A stretch of DNA of 64,000 bases from Candidatus Latescibacterota bacterium (lineage in GTDB: Bacteria > Latescibacterota > UBA2968 > GCA-2709665). The position numbers and the translations under genes were made by a program. Positions 10,065-19,527 of this stretch are shown piece by piece. Location of the stretch: assembly GCA_965219995.1 (NCBI GenBank), contig CBDCOX010000002.1, positions 2,080,001 to 2,144,000 on the forward strand, read 5' to 3'. Each line of letters begins with the position of its first letter. The first letter of the stretch is position 1. The notes below the pieces were generated by a model. The model made no database searches, had not been told where the DNA came from, and worked only from the letters and a program-made list of their open reading frames with translations.

Positions 10065-10634
10065 TCACGCGGTCCAGCGCATGACGTCGTCGAGCGGTTT
10101 TCGGCGGGGCGACGGAATCTCGCTCGGATACCCGGTATAGAAGAATCCGATGATATACTCCCGGTCCGGGTCCATGCCGAGCAATTCGTACGTTTCCTTC
10201 TGCATGGTTATCGGCCCCGTGCTCCACTGCATGCCCACGCCCAGTTCCCAGGCCGCGAGCTGTACGTTCTGCATGGCGCAACAGACCGCCGCGTAGTCCT
10301 CCCGCCGCCGCTGTTCGTCACCATCCTGCACGCAGGAGACCGCGACGATCGTGGGTTTGGACATAAACTTGTCATAACCCGCCTGCCAGAGCTTTTTCCT
10401 GGCATCTTCGCCGGCCTTATCGGACGCCTTGCCCTGCTGGATGTCGCCGTACCTCCGCGCCAGCGTCTTCTTCGTCGTTTCGCCCAGAACGACAAACCGC
10501 CAGGGCTCCGTCACGTGGTGATTCGGCGCCCACAGGCCGAACCCGAAGATGCGCTTCAGCATCTCGTCAGATACGGGCCTGGCGTTGAACTTGAAGATCG
10601 TCCGCCGCGCCTTCAGCACATCGAGTACGTCCAT
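10065..10634 (-). CDS. Nitroreductase family protein (YdjA-like)
   Basis: RRTIFKF, WAPNHHVTEPWRF, QNVQLAAWELGVG..WSTG. Confidence 0.88.
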   Translation of the reverse strand: MDVLDVLKARRTIFKFNARPVSDEMLKRIFGFGLWAPNHHVTEPWRFVVLGETTKKTLARRYGDIQQGKASDKAGEDARKKLWQAGYDKFMSKPTIVAVSCVQDGDEQRRREDYAAVCCAMQNVQLAAWELGVGMQWSTGPITMQKETYELLGMDPDREYIIGFFYTGYPSEIPSPRRKPLDDVMRWTA

Positions 10635-10703
10635 CCCGATCCTCCGAAAAATGAACAGGAGCCCCGGTTAACGTTTCTCCCTGGGGACCTCACAGCCGTT
10701 GAA

Positions 10704-11957
10704 TCATTCCCGCTCTCCCAGCAACCCCTCCGTAACCTTCGTTACCGCACGGGCAGCGGCGTTCGCCTCGGCCACGGTATTGTGCTGGGTCATCCGTATC
10801 GCCCCCACCCGTTCCCCATAGGTCCTGGCATTGGGACACGCCTCGAGCGGATACGCTCCCTTTTCCAGCCGGCCGGGCCTGTAGCTGTTGAACGCCGCGG
10901 GGTCCCGGTGCAGCCTCCGGAATACCTGCCAGCCCACCACGTACTGCTGGGGGTTCCCGAATGCCGGTATCCCTTCCGCGGCGACCATCCGGCAGAAATC
11001 CGGCGCATTCACCCCAAGCACATCCGTGTCGACGGAGAACAGCGCCCACCAGTAACTGGGCTTCGCCCCCGTCGGCTGGGGATGCGGTTTCACCCCCGGC
11101 AGCCCGGAAATCCCCCTGTCGAACGCCTCGCCGAACCCCTGGCGCCTGGCAATCCACTTCGGAACCCGCTTCAGCTGCACCGACGCCAGCGCCGCGTTAA
11201 CGTCGCTGAGCCGCACGTTCAACGCCGGGAAAGCGGGCGTCGCCGGCGCTCCCGGGAACCTGGGATAGCACTTGTCGGAAAAGAGGTCCGCCGTTTCGGC
11301 CAGTTTCCGCCGCCGCGTAAGGACAAACCCGCCCTCGCCCGACTTCATGTGTTTGCTCTCGTTCGTGCTCCACGCGCCGAGTTGTCCGAACGTGCCGAGA
11401 TACCTGCCCTTGATGGAAGCGAGATGCGCTTGGGCGCAATCCTCGATCACCATCAGCCGGTGGCGGCGGGCGACCCGCATGACCGCGGGCATATCCACGG
11501 CGTACCCCCCGTTATGGATCGGCATGATCGCACGGGTATGAGGTGTGATCGCCGCTTCCATCGCCCCCACGTCCATCAGCAGCCCGTCCGGCTGCACGTC
11601 GGCGAAAACCGGGATCGCGTTCAACTGAAAGATCCCCATAATGCTGCCGTAGTCGGTCAGGGGGCTCAATATCACCTCATCCCCCGCGCCGATGCCCGCG
11701 GCAGCCAAAGCCACGTGGATGGCCGCGCTCCCGGAGCTGGTGGGCACGGCATACGGCAGCCCGTAAAGCTTCTGCAGCCCGTCTCGATAGGCCATCACGG
11801 CCCTGCCGCGCGCCAGCGGCAGCGCCGGACCGGAAAGCAGCTTCTCCAGCGCGGCCAGTTCCTCCCTGAAATGGAACGCTCCCGAACGCCACGGTCTGCT
11901 GTGTACCGGCCTGCCGCCGTGGGCCGCCAGATCGGACTTCCTCGAGCCTTTTGCCAA
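10704..11957 (-). CDS. DegT/DnrJ/EryC1/StrS family PLP aminotransferase
   Basis: SSGSAAIHVAL, GAGDEVI, IEDCAQAH, SKHMKSGEGG. Confidence 0.88.
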   Translation of the reverse strand: MAKGSRKSDLAAHGGRPVHSRPWRSGAFHFREELAALEKLLSGPALPLARGRAVMAYRDGLQKLYGLPYAVPTSSGSAAIHVALAAAGIGAGDEVILSPLTDYGSIMGIFQLNAIPVFADVQPDGLLMDVGAMEAAITPHTRAIMPIHNGGYAVDMPAVMRVARRHRLMVIEDCAQAHLASIKGRYLGTFGQLGAWSTNESKHMKSGEGGFVLTRRRKLAETADLFSDKCYPRFPGAPATPAFPALNVRLSDVNAALASVQLKRVPKWIARRQGFGEAFDRGISGLPGVKPHPQPTGAKPSYWWALFSVDTDVLGVNAPDFCRMVAAEGIPAFGNPQQYVVGWQVFRRLHRDPAAFNSYRPGRLEKGAYPLEACPNARTYGERVGAIRMTQHNTVAEANAAARAVTKVTEGLLGERE

Positions 11958-11988
11958 ACCACCCTCCTCCGGTTTCCCGTCTGCTGAA

Positions 11989-13083
11989 TTATATCGTATA
12001 TGCTTCCAACACCTCTCTGTCGATCTCGATACCCAGACCCGGACGCTGAATCACCGGTACGTACCCGTCCACGGCCAGGATCGGCTCCATGGCGAGTCCG
12101 GTTCGGAGACGATTTTCCGTCATGTCGAATTCAAACAACGACGGGAACGGATTCAACGATTCGGGCGCGTCCGGCAGTGTCGCCTGCCAGTGTATCGTGG
12201 CGGCAAGGCGTATGCTGGTTCCCCACATGTGGGGCAGCACCCGCACGTGGTTGGCGCTTGCCATCGCGGCGACTTTCCGGCATTCCGTAAAACCGCCGGC
12301 GTCGCTGATGTCCGGCTGCACGATATCCAGCCCGCGTTTCTGGATGAGATCACGGAACGCCCACCTCCCCTGGAGCGCCTCGCCCCCTGCAACGCGCACC
12401 CCCAGCGCCTGTCTTATCTCGCGGTAGCCGGCCACGTCGTCGGTCGAGACCGGTTCCTCGTACCACAACAGATCGTTCTCGAGCAACCGACGCCCAACGT
12501 GAATGGCCGTGCCGGTATCGTACCCGCAGTTGGCATCCACCGCAAGGAGAACCGAATCGCCGATCGCACCGCGCACCGCAGCCACGTTCTTAACATCGTA
12601 GTCCACGCCGAAACCGATCTTCATCTTCACGGCCGGGAACCCCAGATCCGCGTAGGACGCCGCCTCGTCGATCAACGACCGGGCCACATCGGCCTTCCGC
12701 CGGCAGAACAGTCCGCTGGCGTATGCCGGAATGCGTTCCCGGAACGCGCCGCCCAGGAGCCGGTACACGGGCCGCTCGAGGACTCTGCCCACGATATCCC
12801 AGAGCGCGATGTCCACCGCGCTCAACTCCGAAAAACCGACCCCGCCGCGCAGATGCAGGTCGTTCCAGATGACTTCGATGTCAAATGGATCGCGGCCCAG
12901 CAGCCGGGCCCGCAGCGCCGCTTCGTTCAGATCCGCGACCCCTTCGCCCCATCCCGTAACGCCCGCGTCCGTGATGACCTCGATCACACCCGCGGTCCGT
13001 GCCGTATTCCAGGCAATCGAGTTTGCAAACGGCTCCTCAAGCGGATACCGGAGATTGTAGACCCTGATGTCGGTGATCTTCAT
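11989..13083 (-). CDS. Mandelate racemase/muconate lactonizing enzyme family protein
   Basis: GVTGWGE, AVDIALWDI, KMKIG, VDAN, WYEEP, GGE, QPD, PHMWG. Confidence 0.9.
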   Translation of the reverse strand: MKITDIRVYNLRYPLEEPFANSIAWNTARTAGVIEVITDAGVTGWGEGVADLNEAALRARLLGRDPFDIEVIWNDLHLRGGVGFSELSAVDIALWDIVGRVLERPVYRLLGGAFRERIPAYASGLFCRRKADVARSLIDEAASYADLGFPAVKMKIGFGVDYDVKNVAAVRGAIGDSVLLAVDANCGYDTGTAIHVGRRLLENDLLWYEEPVSTDDVAGYREIRQALGVRVAGGEALQGRWAFRDLIQKRGLDIVQPDISDAGGFTECRKVAAMASANHVRVLPHMWGTSIRLAATIHWQATLPDAPESLNPFPSLFEFDMTENRLRTGLAMEPILAVDGYVPVIQRPGLGIEIDREVLEAYTI

Positions 13084-13102
13084 TTCGATTCGCAATTCCG
13101 CT

Positions 13103-13903
13103 TCAAACCGCAGTCCGTCGCCGGTTGTATTCCACCGCCTCAGGAAACCGGCTATTCAGGTGGCTCAGCGATTCGGCGATTTCACACTCGCAAGCCGAGC
13201 AGGGGAAAGGCAACGTACCTGTGGCGCGAAATCGTCTCCCGTTTTCGACATGAAAGTCGCCGCATCGGTCCATGAACTGCCCCCAATGCCCCATTGTATA
13301 GCCGATACGGGGATTCACGACTTCGCTCTCCGCCCAGCGAGTCGGAAACAGAGACCGGAAACGCGGCGTGGAATTCATCCAGCTGCTGCAACGAACCATT
13401 GTGACGTCGGGGCGCCGCGCCTGCGAATCCACAAGCATCCGGACCAGCGACGCCGCGAAAGGCGAGAACATCTCGCTCAACGGAGAATCGGGCCTGTAGA
13501 CATTATCGATGTGGATGTTCAATCGACCCGACGACGTATAATCGTAAGACCAGCATTCGTACGGCCGTTCGCCCGACACACCGTCGCCGGCCACCCTCAA
13601 GCGGGCCTCGAGACAGGGCCACAACAATGCCAGCCCCGCGCTTTCAAAGCCCACGGACGAGGAATCACTCTTGCGGCTCACGAAGAGGGACGCCAGCCGG
13701 TCGACCATGCCCCTCCATTCCGGCCCCACGTCCTCGCCGGAGGGGTGGCGCTTCCCGTCGTAGAACGCGGTGTTCCGGTAAATGTTCACCCGCTTGTTCA
13801 CCACGTCGGCGAAGGGTTCCTCGCCTTTCCTCGCCCTGCGCCAGACGTACCACAGGGATAGCTTCGTGAACCCCTTCACATAGCTGAGGCGAATCGGATC
13901 CAT
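13103..13903 (-). CDS. Hypothetical protein, possibly remote GNAT-like
   Basis: 266-aa ORF co-oriented and tightly packed with neighbours; LNIHI...CSSWMN motif. Confidence 0.65.
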   Translation of the reverse strand: MDPIRLSYVKGFTKLSLWYVWRRARKGEEPFADVVNKRVNIYRNTAFYDGKRHPSGEDVGPEWRGMVDRLASLFVSRKSDSSSVGFESAGLALLWPCLEARLRVAGDGVSGERPYECWSYDYTSSGRLNIHIDNVYRPDSPLSEMFSPFAASLVRMLVDSQARRPDVTMVRCSSWMNSTPRFRSLFPTRWAESEVVNPRIGYTMGHWGQFMDRCGDFHVENGRRFRATGTLPFPCSACECEIAESLSHLNSRFPEAVEYNRRRTAV

Positions 13904-13960
13904 ACCCGGTTTCGAAATCCAGTGCCCTTCAGACGGGAACGCGCGACATGTCGAGGGAGA

Positions 13961-14851
13961 CTATCCTCTCCCCGGAAACGTCAATTCGGCAACACCCGAC
14001 TTGTCCAGTTCGCCCTTGCCGATTTCGATCATACGGTCGTACTGGCGTTTGGTGGCATCCGCGAGCGGCAGTTGCAACCCGGCGTCGCTTGCCAGGTCCA
14101 GGGCGATGCCTGAATCCTTTGCCGCGTGGGCCGATGAGAAGTAACACTCGTGGTCCCGGGCCACCATGTCCTCCCCGTCGGTTTCCAGCACCCGGGAATT
14201 GGCGCCCGTCTGCGAAAACACCTGCTGGAGCATTTCCAGGTCGAGGCCCATCGCCGCTCCAAGCCCCAACCCTTCCGCCAGTCCCGCCGTATTGATGTTC
14301 ATCACCATATTCACGAGCGCCTTGACCTGCGCCGCCTGTCCGGCCGTTCCGATATACTTCAGGTCCGTACTCATCGAGTCCAGGATCGGCCGCACGTCGT
14401 CGAATACCTCCCGCTTGCCGCCGCACATCAGATAAAGCGTGCCTTCCCGGGCCTGGGTGATGCTGCTTGCCATACACCCTTCAAGGCTCTTCGCGCCTGC
14501 CTGTTCCGCCAGCGTTTCGACGTCGACGTGTACCTGTGGGGTGATGGTTGCGCAATTGATGAAGACTTTCCCGTCCGCACCGTTCAGCAGACTATCGCCT
14601 CCGGTTGAAAAAACCGCACGCATCGCGTCGTCGTCGGTAACGACCGTAATGATCCGGTCCGCCGCCGAGGTGACGCCCGCCAACGTTGCGGATGCCTCGC
14701 ACCCGAGTTCCCGCGCGAGTTCGGAAGCGGCGTCGGACCGGACGTCGTAAACCGAAGTCACCGTAAAGCCGTCGTCCTTCAGATGCCTTGCAATATTCGC
14801 GCCCATTCGCCCGACACCCACCACACCGATTCTGAAATCAGAAGTCGCCAT
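13961..14851 (-). CDS. NAD(P)-dependent beta-hydroxyacid dehydrogenase family protein
   Basis: GVVGVGRMGANIA, MASSITQAREGTL, KALVNMVMN, HAAKDSGIA. Confidence 0.85.
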   Translation of the reverse strand: MATSDFRIGVVGVGRMGANIARHLKDDGFTVTSVYDVRSDAASELARELGCEASATLAGVTSAADRIITVVTDDDAMRAVFSTGGDSLLNGADGKVFINCATITPQVHVDVETLAEQAGAKSLEGCMASSITQAREGTLYLMCGGKREVFDDVRPILDSMSTDLKYIGTAGQAAQVKALVNMVMNINTAGLAEGLGLGAAMGLDLEMLQQVFSQTGANSRVLETDGEDMVARDHECYFSSAHAAKDSGIALDLASDAGLQLPLADATKRQYDRMIEIGKGELDKSGVAELTFPGRG

Positions 14852-14935
14852 CTTTCCCTCCGGCATACAAAGAGCGTTCAACTGCCGGCACAAAAACAGA
14901 TGCAGCCAACGGTCGAACGCTCCGGTCGGAACCTT

Positions 14936-15370
14936 CTACAGACTATTGTGGAATTCCGTCCAATCGTCCAGATTGTTCAGGTTTACCGCGTCCAGAATCG
15001 ACCCGTCGTCGGCCACACCGGCGGCGGACAGGATCGCACCGCGGGTCTCGTCGTCGTGGTGATATCCGTTAATGGCCGCATTGGAAGCGTCGATTTCATC
15101 CTGAGGAATGCTGCCGCCGCGCTGATCCACCACCCAGTTCTCGAACTCGATATACGTGGGAAGGTTGCTCTTCACGTAGTCCACCGCGGCGTCACGATCG
15201 ACTTTCAATCCGTCCAGCACCATCTGGTCATAACCGGCGCCGCATTCGGGATAGTCGTCCGCCAGCTGACCTTTGGCGGAGAGCGTCAACTTCAACCACA
15301 GCCTGGGGAGGTGGATGGCGCCCAGAGGCCCTGCGACGCCGGAACTGATAAGGGGAATCGTGCCTGCCAT
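14936..15370 (-). CDS. DUF5069-like small protein
   Basis: PLISSGVAGPLGAIHLPRLWLK...GYDQMVL...NLDDWTEFH; AGGAG RBS. Confidence 0.65.
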   Translation of the reverse strand: MAGTIPLISSGVAGPLGAIHLPRLWLKLTLSAKGQLADDYPECGAGYDQMVLDGLKVDRDAAVDYVKSNLPTYIEFENWVVDQRGGSIPQDEIDASNAAINGYHHDDETRGAILSAAGVADDGSILDAVNLNNLDDWTEFHNSL

Positions 15371-15578
15371 AGTGCGTCTCCTTCTGAAGTTGGGGAGTTG
15401 GAGGGAAACCGCGTTATGGACACCGCGGCCAATGCACCCCGTTCATCGGCCCGAGTGACTCATAGATGTACAGGATGAAATCCCTGTCAAGCTGAAAAAC
15501 ACCGGACTTGCGGTACGGCCCGTTCCCGAGACCTCCGGACCCGCGCGCGGCCCCGCAAGTCACTTTCTGAATGCGGTA

Positions 15579-15623
15579 CACAAAACGAGCGGATGAGATC
15601 GACGCTCATCCGCTCGTTTTGTG
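15579..15623 (-). terminator. Intrinsic terminator-like hairpin after the BFN gene
   Basis: Perfect 19-bp inverted repeat CACAAAACGAGCGGATGAG / CTCATCCGCTCGTTTTGTG with a 7-nt loop. Confidence 0.75.
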
Positions 15624-15633
15624 CCGGGTATTC

Positions 15634-16305
15634 TCATGCTTCCCGGCTGTTTTTCAACCGGTCTATTTCGTCCCTGAGTCTGCCCGCTTCTTCGTAACGC
15701 TCCTGCCGGCTGGCCTGCTCCATCTTTCGACGGAGATCGTTGATCCGTACCTCGACGGGATCTCCGGCATCGGCCGATCCGCTCTTAGGGACTTCCGCCA
15801 CCGTCATCAGCGCTTCTTCCTTTTCCTCAGATCGCTTGGGCGGGGTCCAGGCTTCGATGGTCTCGGGTTCCTCGTCTCCCTCACCGGGCGGGTCCTCGTG
15901 TCCGGCTTCGGCGACGACGGCCTCCGATACATAGATCGGCGCTTCGTAACGCAAAGCCAGGGCAACGCAATCGCTCGGACGGGCATCGACACGCCAGCGC
16001 TTCGCGCCGCGGGCCAGCGCCAGTTCCGCGTAAAAGATGCCTTCCTTCAACGTGACAATATAGACGCCTTCGATTGTGGTGTCGAGTTGCCCCAGAATCG
16101 ACCGTACCAGGTCGTGTGTCAGCGGGCGCGGCGGGCGTTCGTTCGTGAGTTCGGCGTAGATGGCGCTGGCCTCCATCAGCCCGATTACGATCGGCAGCAG
16201 CACCTGTTGCTCGCGGTTGCACAGCCAGATCATGCGCGGTTGGGAAACCTGGACGGGTCGTAACGCGTTCAGCGTGCGATCAATGTCGATCTTGACTTCA
16301 ACCAT
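15634..16305 (-). CDS. Bifunctional nuclease (DUF151) with C-terminal UVR domain
   Basis: LPIVIGLMEASAI, PPRPLTHDL, DARPSDCVALAL; C-terminal QERYEEAGRLRDEI. Confidence 0.88.
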   Translation of the reverse strand: MVEVKIDIDRTLNALRPVQVSQPRMIWLCNREQQVLLPIVIGLMEASAIYAELTNERPPRPLTHDLVRSILGQLDTTIEGVYIVTLKEGIFYAELALARGAKRWRVDARPSDCVALALRYEAPIYVSEAVVAEAGHEDPPGEGDEEPETIEAWTPPKRSEEKEEALMTVAEVPKSGSADAGDPVEVRINDLRRKMEQASRQERYEEAGRLRDEIDRLKNSREA

Positions 16306-16404
16306 CGCCTTCCTCAGGGTTTTCATCGCCGGAAACGCGAACCGCAATATACGAAAGCCAGATTCCCCGACAAGGGTAATTTTCGCACTTTTTAAAGCTG
16401 CTTC

Positions 16405-17706
16405 TTAGACGCATTGCGGCGCAAACCGTTCCAACAGGCGAATGCACGCCGCCTCCAGCCGTTCCGCGCTTCCCGGTGCGACTCGCGACCAGGGCCCGGG
16501 CACGACCTCGTATCCGCCCTCTGCATAGGCGCGGTGGATGGGAAAATATCCGATCCATCCATTCGCGTTGCCCGTAACGAACCACGCGCCCGCCCGTTTG
16601 ATCGCAAGCCCCGTCTCCACAAACACCTCCCCCGGAAGTGCGACCCAGCGCAGCCGTCCCAGAGCGATGGCCTGAATCTCGACATGAAGCGGTCCCTCGG
16701 CGAGCTTGCGCGCGAGGCGCAACGCCAGGCGGTCTTGCGAGGACGGATCCCGAACCGCGTTTTTCTCTGCCTCTTCCAACGGCGGACAGGGCCTCGCGTC
16801 CAGTTCCAGTCGATCCGTTATGTACGCAATTCCGGCGGACGGGAGCGGATCCCCCGTCTTCAGCCGGACGATTTCGTCCAGCGCGGCTCGACCCAGCGTT
16901 CGTCCGATCCGGGACACGTCGTCGAAATTGGTCGTTACGCAACTCGAGTTCACATTTCCGCACGCGCCGTTGAGAAAGAGACAGGGCGCGCCGTTGAGCC
17001 CATCTTCCACCGAGGCCGCCAGGGCCCCGGGATAGTCGGCGGACACCGGCGGGAGCAGCATGGCCACGACCGGATGCGCGGCATAGTTCACCATCACGGC
17101 CTGCGGCTGGCCGGTCAGGGCCTCCAGATAAAGAACCGACAGCGCCTCGTCCACGGCCCAGGGTACGGCAGCCTCCCCGCGCGGAGGCAGCGGACCGGCG
17201 CGGTTCAGCGTACCGTCTTTCAGGAGAATTCGCCGATGGCGGGCGACGCCCTGAACCTGCGTCGCCCCTGCATACGCCCGGACCGCGGTCCGCCCTTCCC
17301 ACGCTTCGGTAACCGTTGATGCCAGCGCATCCAGGTGTGCCTCCAGCCAATCCTGAATCCCTTCGGTTTCCCTGAATGGCGTCAGGCCAATGGTTTCAGG
17401 GGTAGAGTGGGAATGGGTGGCCGATAGCATCACGCCTTCTGCAGTCAGACCGGTCCGTTCGGAAATCCGCGAGCGCAGTTCATCGGTGAAATTCCGCCCG
17501 GGCCCCAGAATCGCATTGTCGTAACCGACCGAGTCCACCGCCAGTATCGCGACCGACGCGCAGCCGTCGTCGAGTACCAGAGCCCTGGCGTACAGGTCGT
17601 CGTGGACGCCCTCGAACGGGGCGCAAGTCCCGTTTCCGGAAGACGTCAGATAAGGTACCCACGTGGGCGGGGTCACACACCGCTTTGCCGCGCCGGCCAT
17701 CAGCAA
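16405..17706 (-). CDS. Neutral/alkaline ceramidase-like hydrolase
   Basis: GVHDDLYARALVL, SATHSHSTP, NYAAHP, SADYPG, NGACGNVN, PGEVFVETG. Confidence 0.75.
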   Translation of the reverse strand: MLMAGAAKRCVTPPTWVPYLTSSGNGTCAPFEGVHDDLYARALVLDDGCASVAILAVDSVGYDNAILGPGRNFTDELRSRISERTGLTAEGVMLSATHSHSTPETIGLTPFRETEGIQDWLEAHLDALASTVTEAWEGRTAVRAYAGATQVQGVARHRRILLKDGTLNRAGPLPPRGEAAVPWAVDEALSVLYLEALTGQPQAVMVNYAAHPVVAMLLPPVSADYPGALAASVEDGLNGAPCLFLNGACGNVNSSCVTTNFDDVSRIGRTLGRAALDEIVRLKTGDPLPSAGIAYITDRLELDARPCPPLEEAEKNAVRDPSSQDRLALRLARKLAEGPLHVEIQAIALGRLRWVALPGEVFVETGLAIKRAGAWFVTGNANGWIGYFPIHRAYAEGGYEVVPGPWSRVAPGSAERLEAACIRLLERFAPQCV

Positions 17707-17862
17707 CTTCGCGTTCCTCCATTCACCGCTGGCGCCGGGCGCCGCACGAAGTTGGCTCGTGGCCGCGCGATGCGCTCGACTGCCAGCTTGCCATCCGATC
17801 CCGGGTTGACACGACCGGTCCGAACGGATAAATTACGCGCATTCGTCAGGAGAGGAGAATCA

Positions 17863-18687
17863 ATGGATCTTTCGCTTTCCGTCCGGGTTGCCGAGAGCTT
17901 CAGCAACAAACGGGTCGTGGACATCGCGCTGCCCGATCTTGCGGGCATTGCAGGAAGGGCCGGATATGCCGCGCTGTGCATGCGCGCATCGGTTGTGGGT
18001 GTCCGGAGCGCCCCCGAAACCGTGGCGTCCGCCCGCGCACTGCTGAGGCGGGAAGGCCTTGCGGTCTCCATGGTGACCGGTGACTTCGCCGTTCCCGAAA
18101 ACGGTGACGACGGCCCGGGCTGCCTGCGGAAAATCACCCCGCACCTGGACCTGGCTCAGGCTCTGGGATGCGATCTCATTCGCGTCTGCATCAAAACGGA
18201 AGCCGACATCCCGTTCGCGCAAAAGTCCGCCGACGAAGCCGCCGACCGGAACATCCGCCTCGCCCACCAGAGCCATACGCTCAGCCTGTTCGAGACCGTG
18301 GAGGGCTCCCTGGACGTCCTCAGAAAAATAGGACGGGCCAACTTCGGACTGATCTACGAGCCGGCCAACCTCGCCCTCTGCGGCGAAGACTACGGGCCCG
18401 ACGCGCTACGAAGATTTCAACCGTACCTGTTCAACGTCTACCTGCAGAACCACGCGCCCGACCCGGAAGGCGATCGGCCGATGACCACCTGGACAAGAGG
18501 TACCGTGATGTCGATTCTACGTCCTCTGGATGCACCCGGAGGCATCGACTTCGGCAGCGTCTTCGAGGGACTGCACGCAATTTCCTACTGCGGCTGCGTC
18601 ACCGTACACCAGGCATTCGGCGGGCGTCTGGCCCCGGACGAAGCCGCCGCCCGATCCGCAAGATACCTCAATTCGTTCATCGATTAG
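17863..18687 (+). CDS. Sugar phosphate isomerase/epimerase (AP endonuclease 2 TIM barrel)
   Basis: Start at ATG after AGGAG; DLIRV, AHQSH, NFGLIYEPANL, GGIDF. Confidence 0.75.
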   Translation: MDLSLSVRVAESFSNKRVVDIALPDLAGIAGRAGYAALCMRASVVGVRSAPETVASARALLRREGLAVSMVTGDFAVPENGDDGPGCLRKITPHLDLAQALGCDLIRVCIKTEADIPFAQKSADEAADRNIRLAHQSHTLSLFETVEGSLDVLRKIGRANFGLIYEPANLALCGEDYGPDALRRFQPYLFNVYLQNHAPDPEGDRPMTTWTRGTVMSILRPLDAPGGIDFGSVFEGLHAISYCGCVTVHQAFGGRLAPDEAAARSARYLNSFID

Positions 18688-19091
18688 TGGCGGCGTCGGG
18701 AGCCGGCTGTCGCTTTCCGCTGCTTCTCAAGTGCCCCCTTCCGCACGTATTCGGCGGTGATTTCGTGTTCGATTCCGCCCCTGACGTTGAACCGGCCGAC
18801 CACCGCCATTTCCACCGGCGCACAGACCTGAACCAGATCGTCCAGAATCCTGTTTGTCACGTCTTCGAAAAATACGCCCCTGTCGCGAAACGACCTGAAA
18901 TAGTACTTGAGCGACTTGAGCTCCACGCAATGCTCGTCCGGAACGTAACGGACCGATATGGTGGCAAAGTCGGGCTGCCCCGTCAGGGGACACAACGACG
19001 TGAATTCCCGGCACGTGAATTCGATCGTGTACTGCCGGCCCGGACGCGGATTTTCGAACACGTCCAGGATTTCGCCAGCCTCATCCTGCAA
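18684..19091 (-). CDS. queF: NADPH-dependent preQ0 reductase, unimodular (catalytic copy)
   Basis: EFTSLCPLTGQPDFA, VELKSLKYY, FFEDVTNRILDDL, FNVRGGI; TTG start with AGGAGG RBS. Confidence 0.88.
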   Translation of the reverse strand: MQDEAGEILDVFENPRPGRQYTIEFTCREFTSLCPLTGQPDFATISVRYVPDEHCVELKSLKYYFRSFRDRGVFFEDVTNRILDDLVQVCAPVEMAVVGRFNVRGGIEHEITAEYVRKGALEKQRKATAGSRRRH

Positions 19092-19461
19092 TCCCGCCCC
19101 CTCCTGAAATCGGCCGCGCCCGCGGCCAGGCCGAATCCGCGGTCACGGTTGCCGCGATTCCTCCCCGTACCGCGAACTCGCCAACCACCTTCATCGTCAC
19201 GGGGTGGCACGCCGCGACCAGATCATCCAGAATCTCATTGACCGCGGCCTCGTTCGACACCGCCTGATTCCTGTATGTTCCCAGATACCGCTTGAGCGAC
19301 ACGGTCTCAAGACACCGGGCGCCCGGCACGTAGCGGATCGTGACCGTAGCGAACACCGGTTCACTGGTCTCCCGATACACGGCCGTGAATTCGGGGAAGA
19401 CGAACTCGATCGTATACGGTCTTTCGGGCCGGGGGTTTTCCACCGTCTTCAAATCCACCAC
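19081..19461 (-). CDS. QueF-like T-fold paralog lacking catalytic Cys/Asp
   Basis: Aligns without gaps to the neighbouring QueF; EFTAVYRETSEPVFA replaces EFTSLCPLTGQPDFA. Confidence 0.8.
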   Translation of the reverse strand: MVDLKTVENPRPERPYTIEFVFPEFTAVYRETSEPVFATVTIRYVPGARCLETVSLKRYLGTYRNQAVSNEAAVNEILDDLVAACHPVTMKVVGEFAVRGGIAATVTADSAWPRARPISGGGGIAG

Positions 19462-19527
19462 GACTCTCCATGATCGCGATGCGAACCGCTTCGCGGCCGA
19501 TGCAACGGACCCGATCCGCCGTCGACA

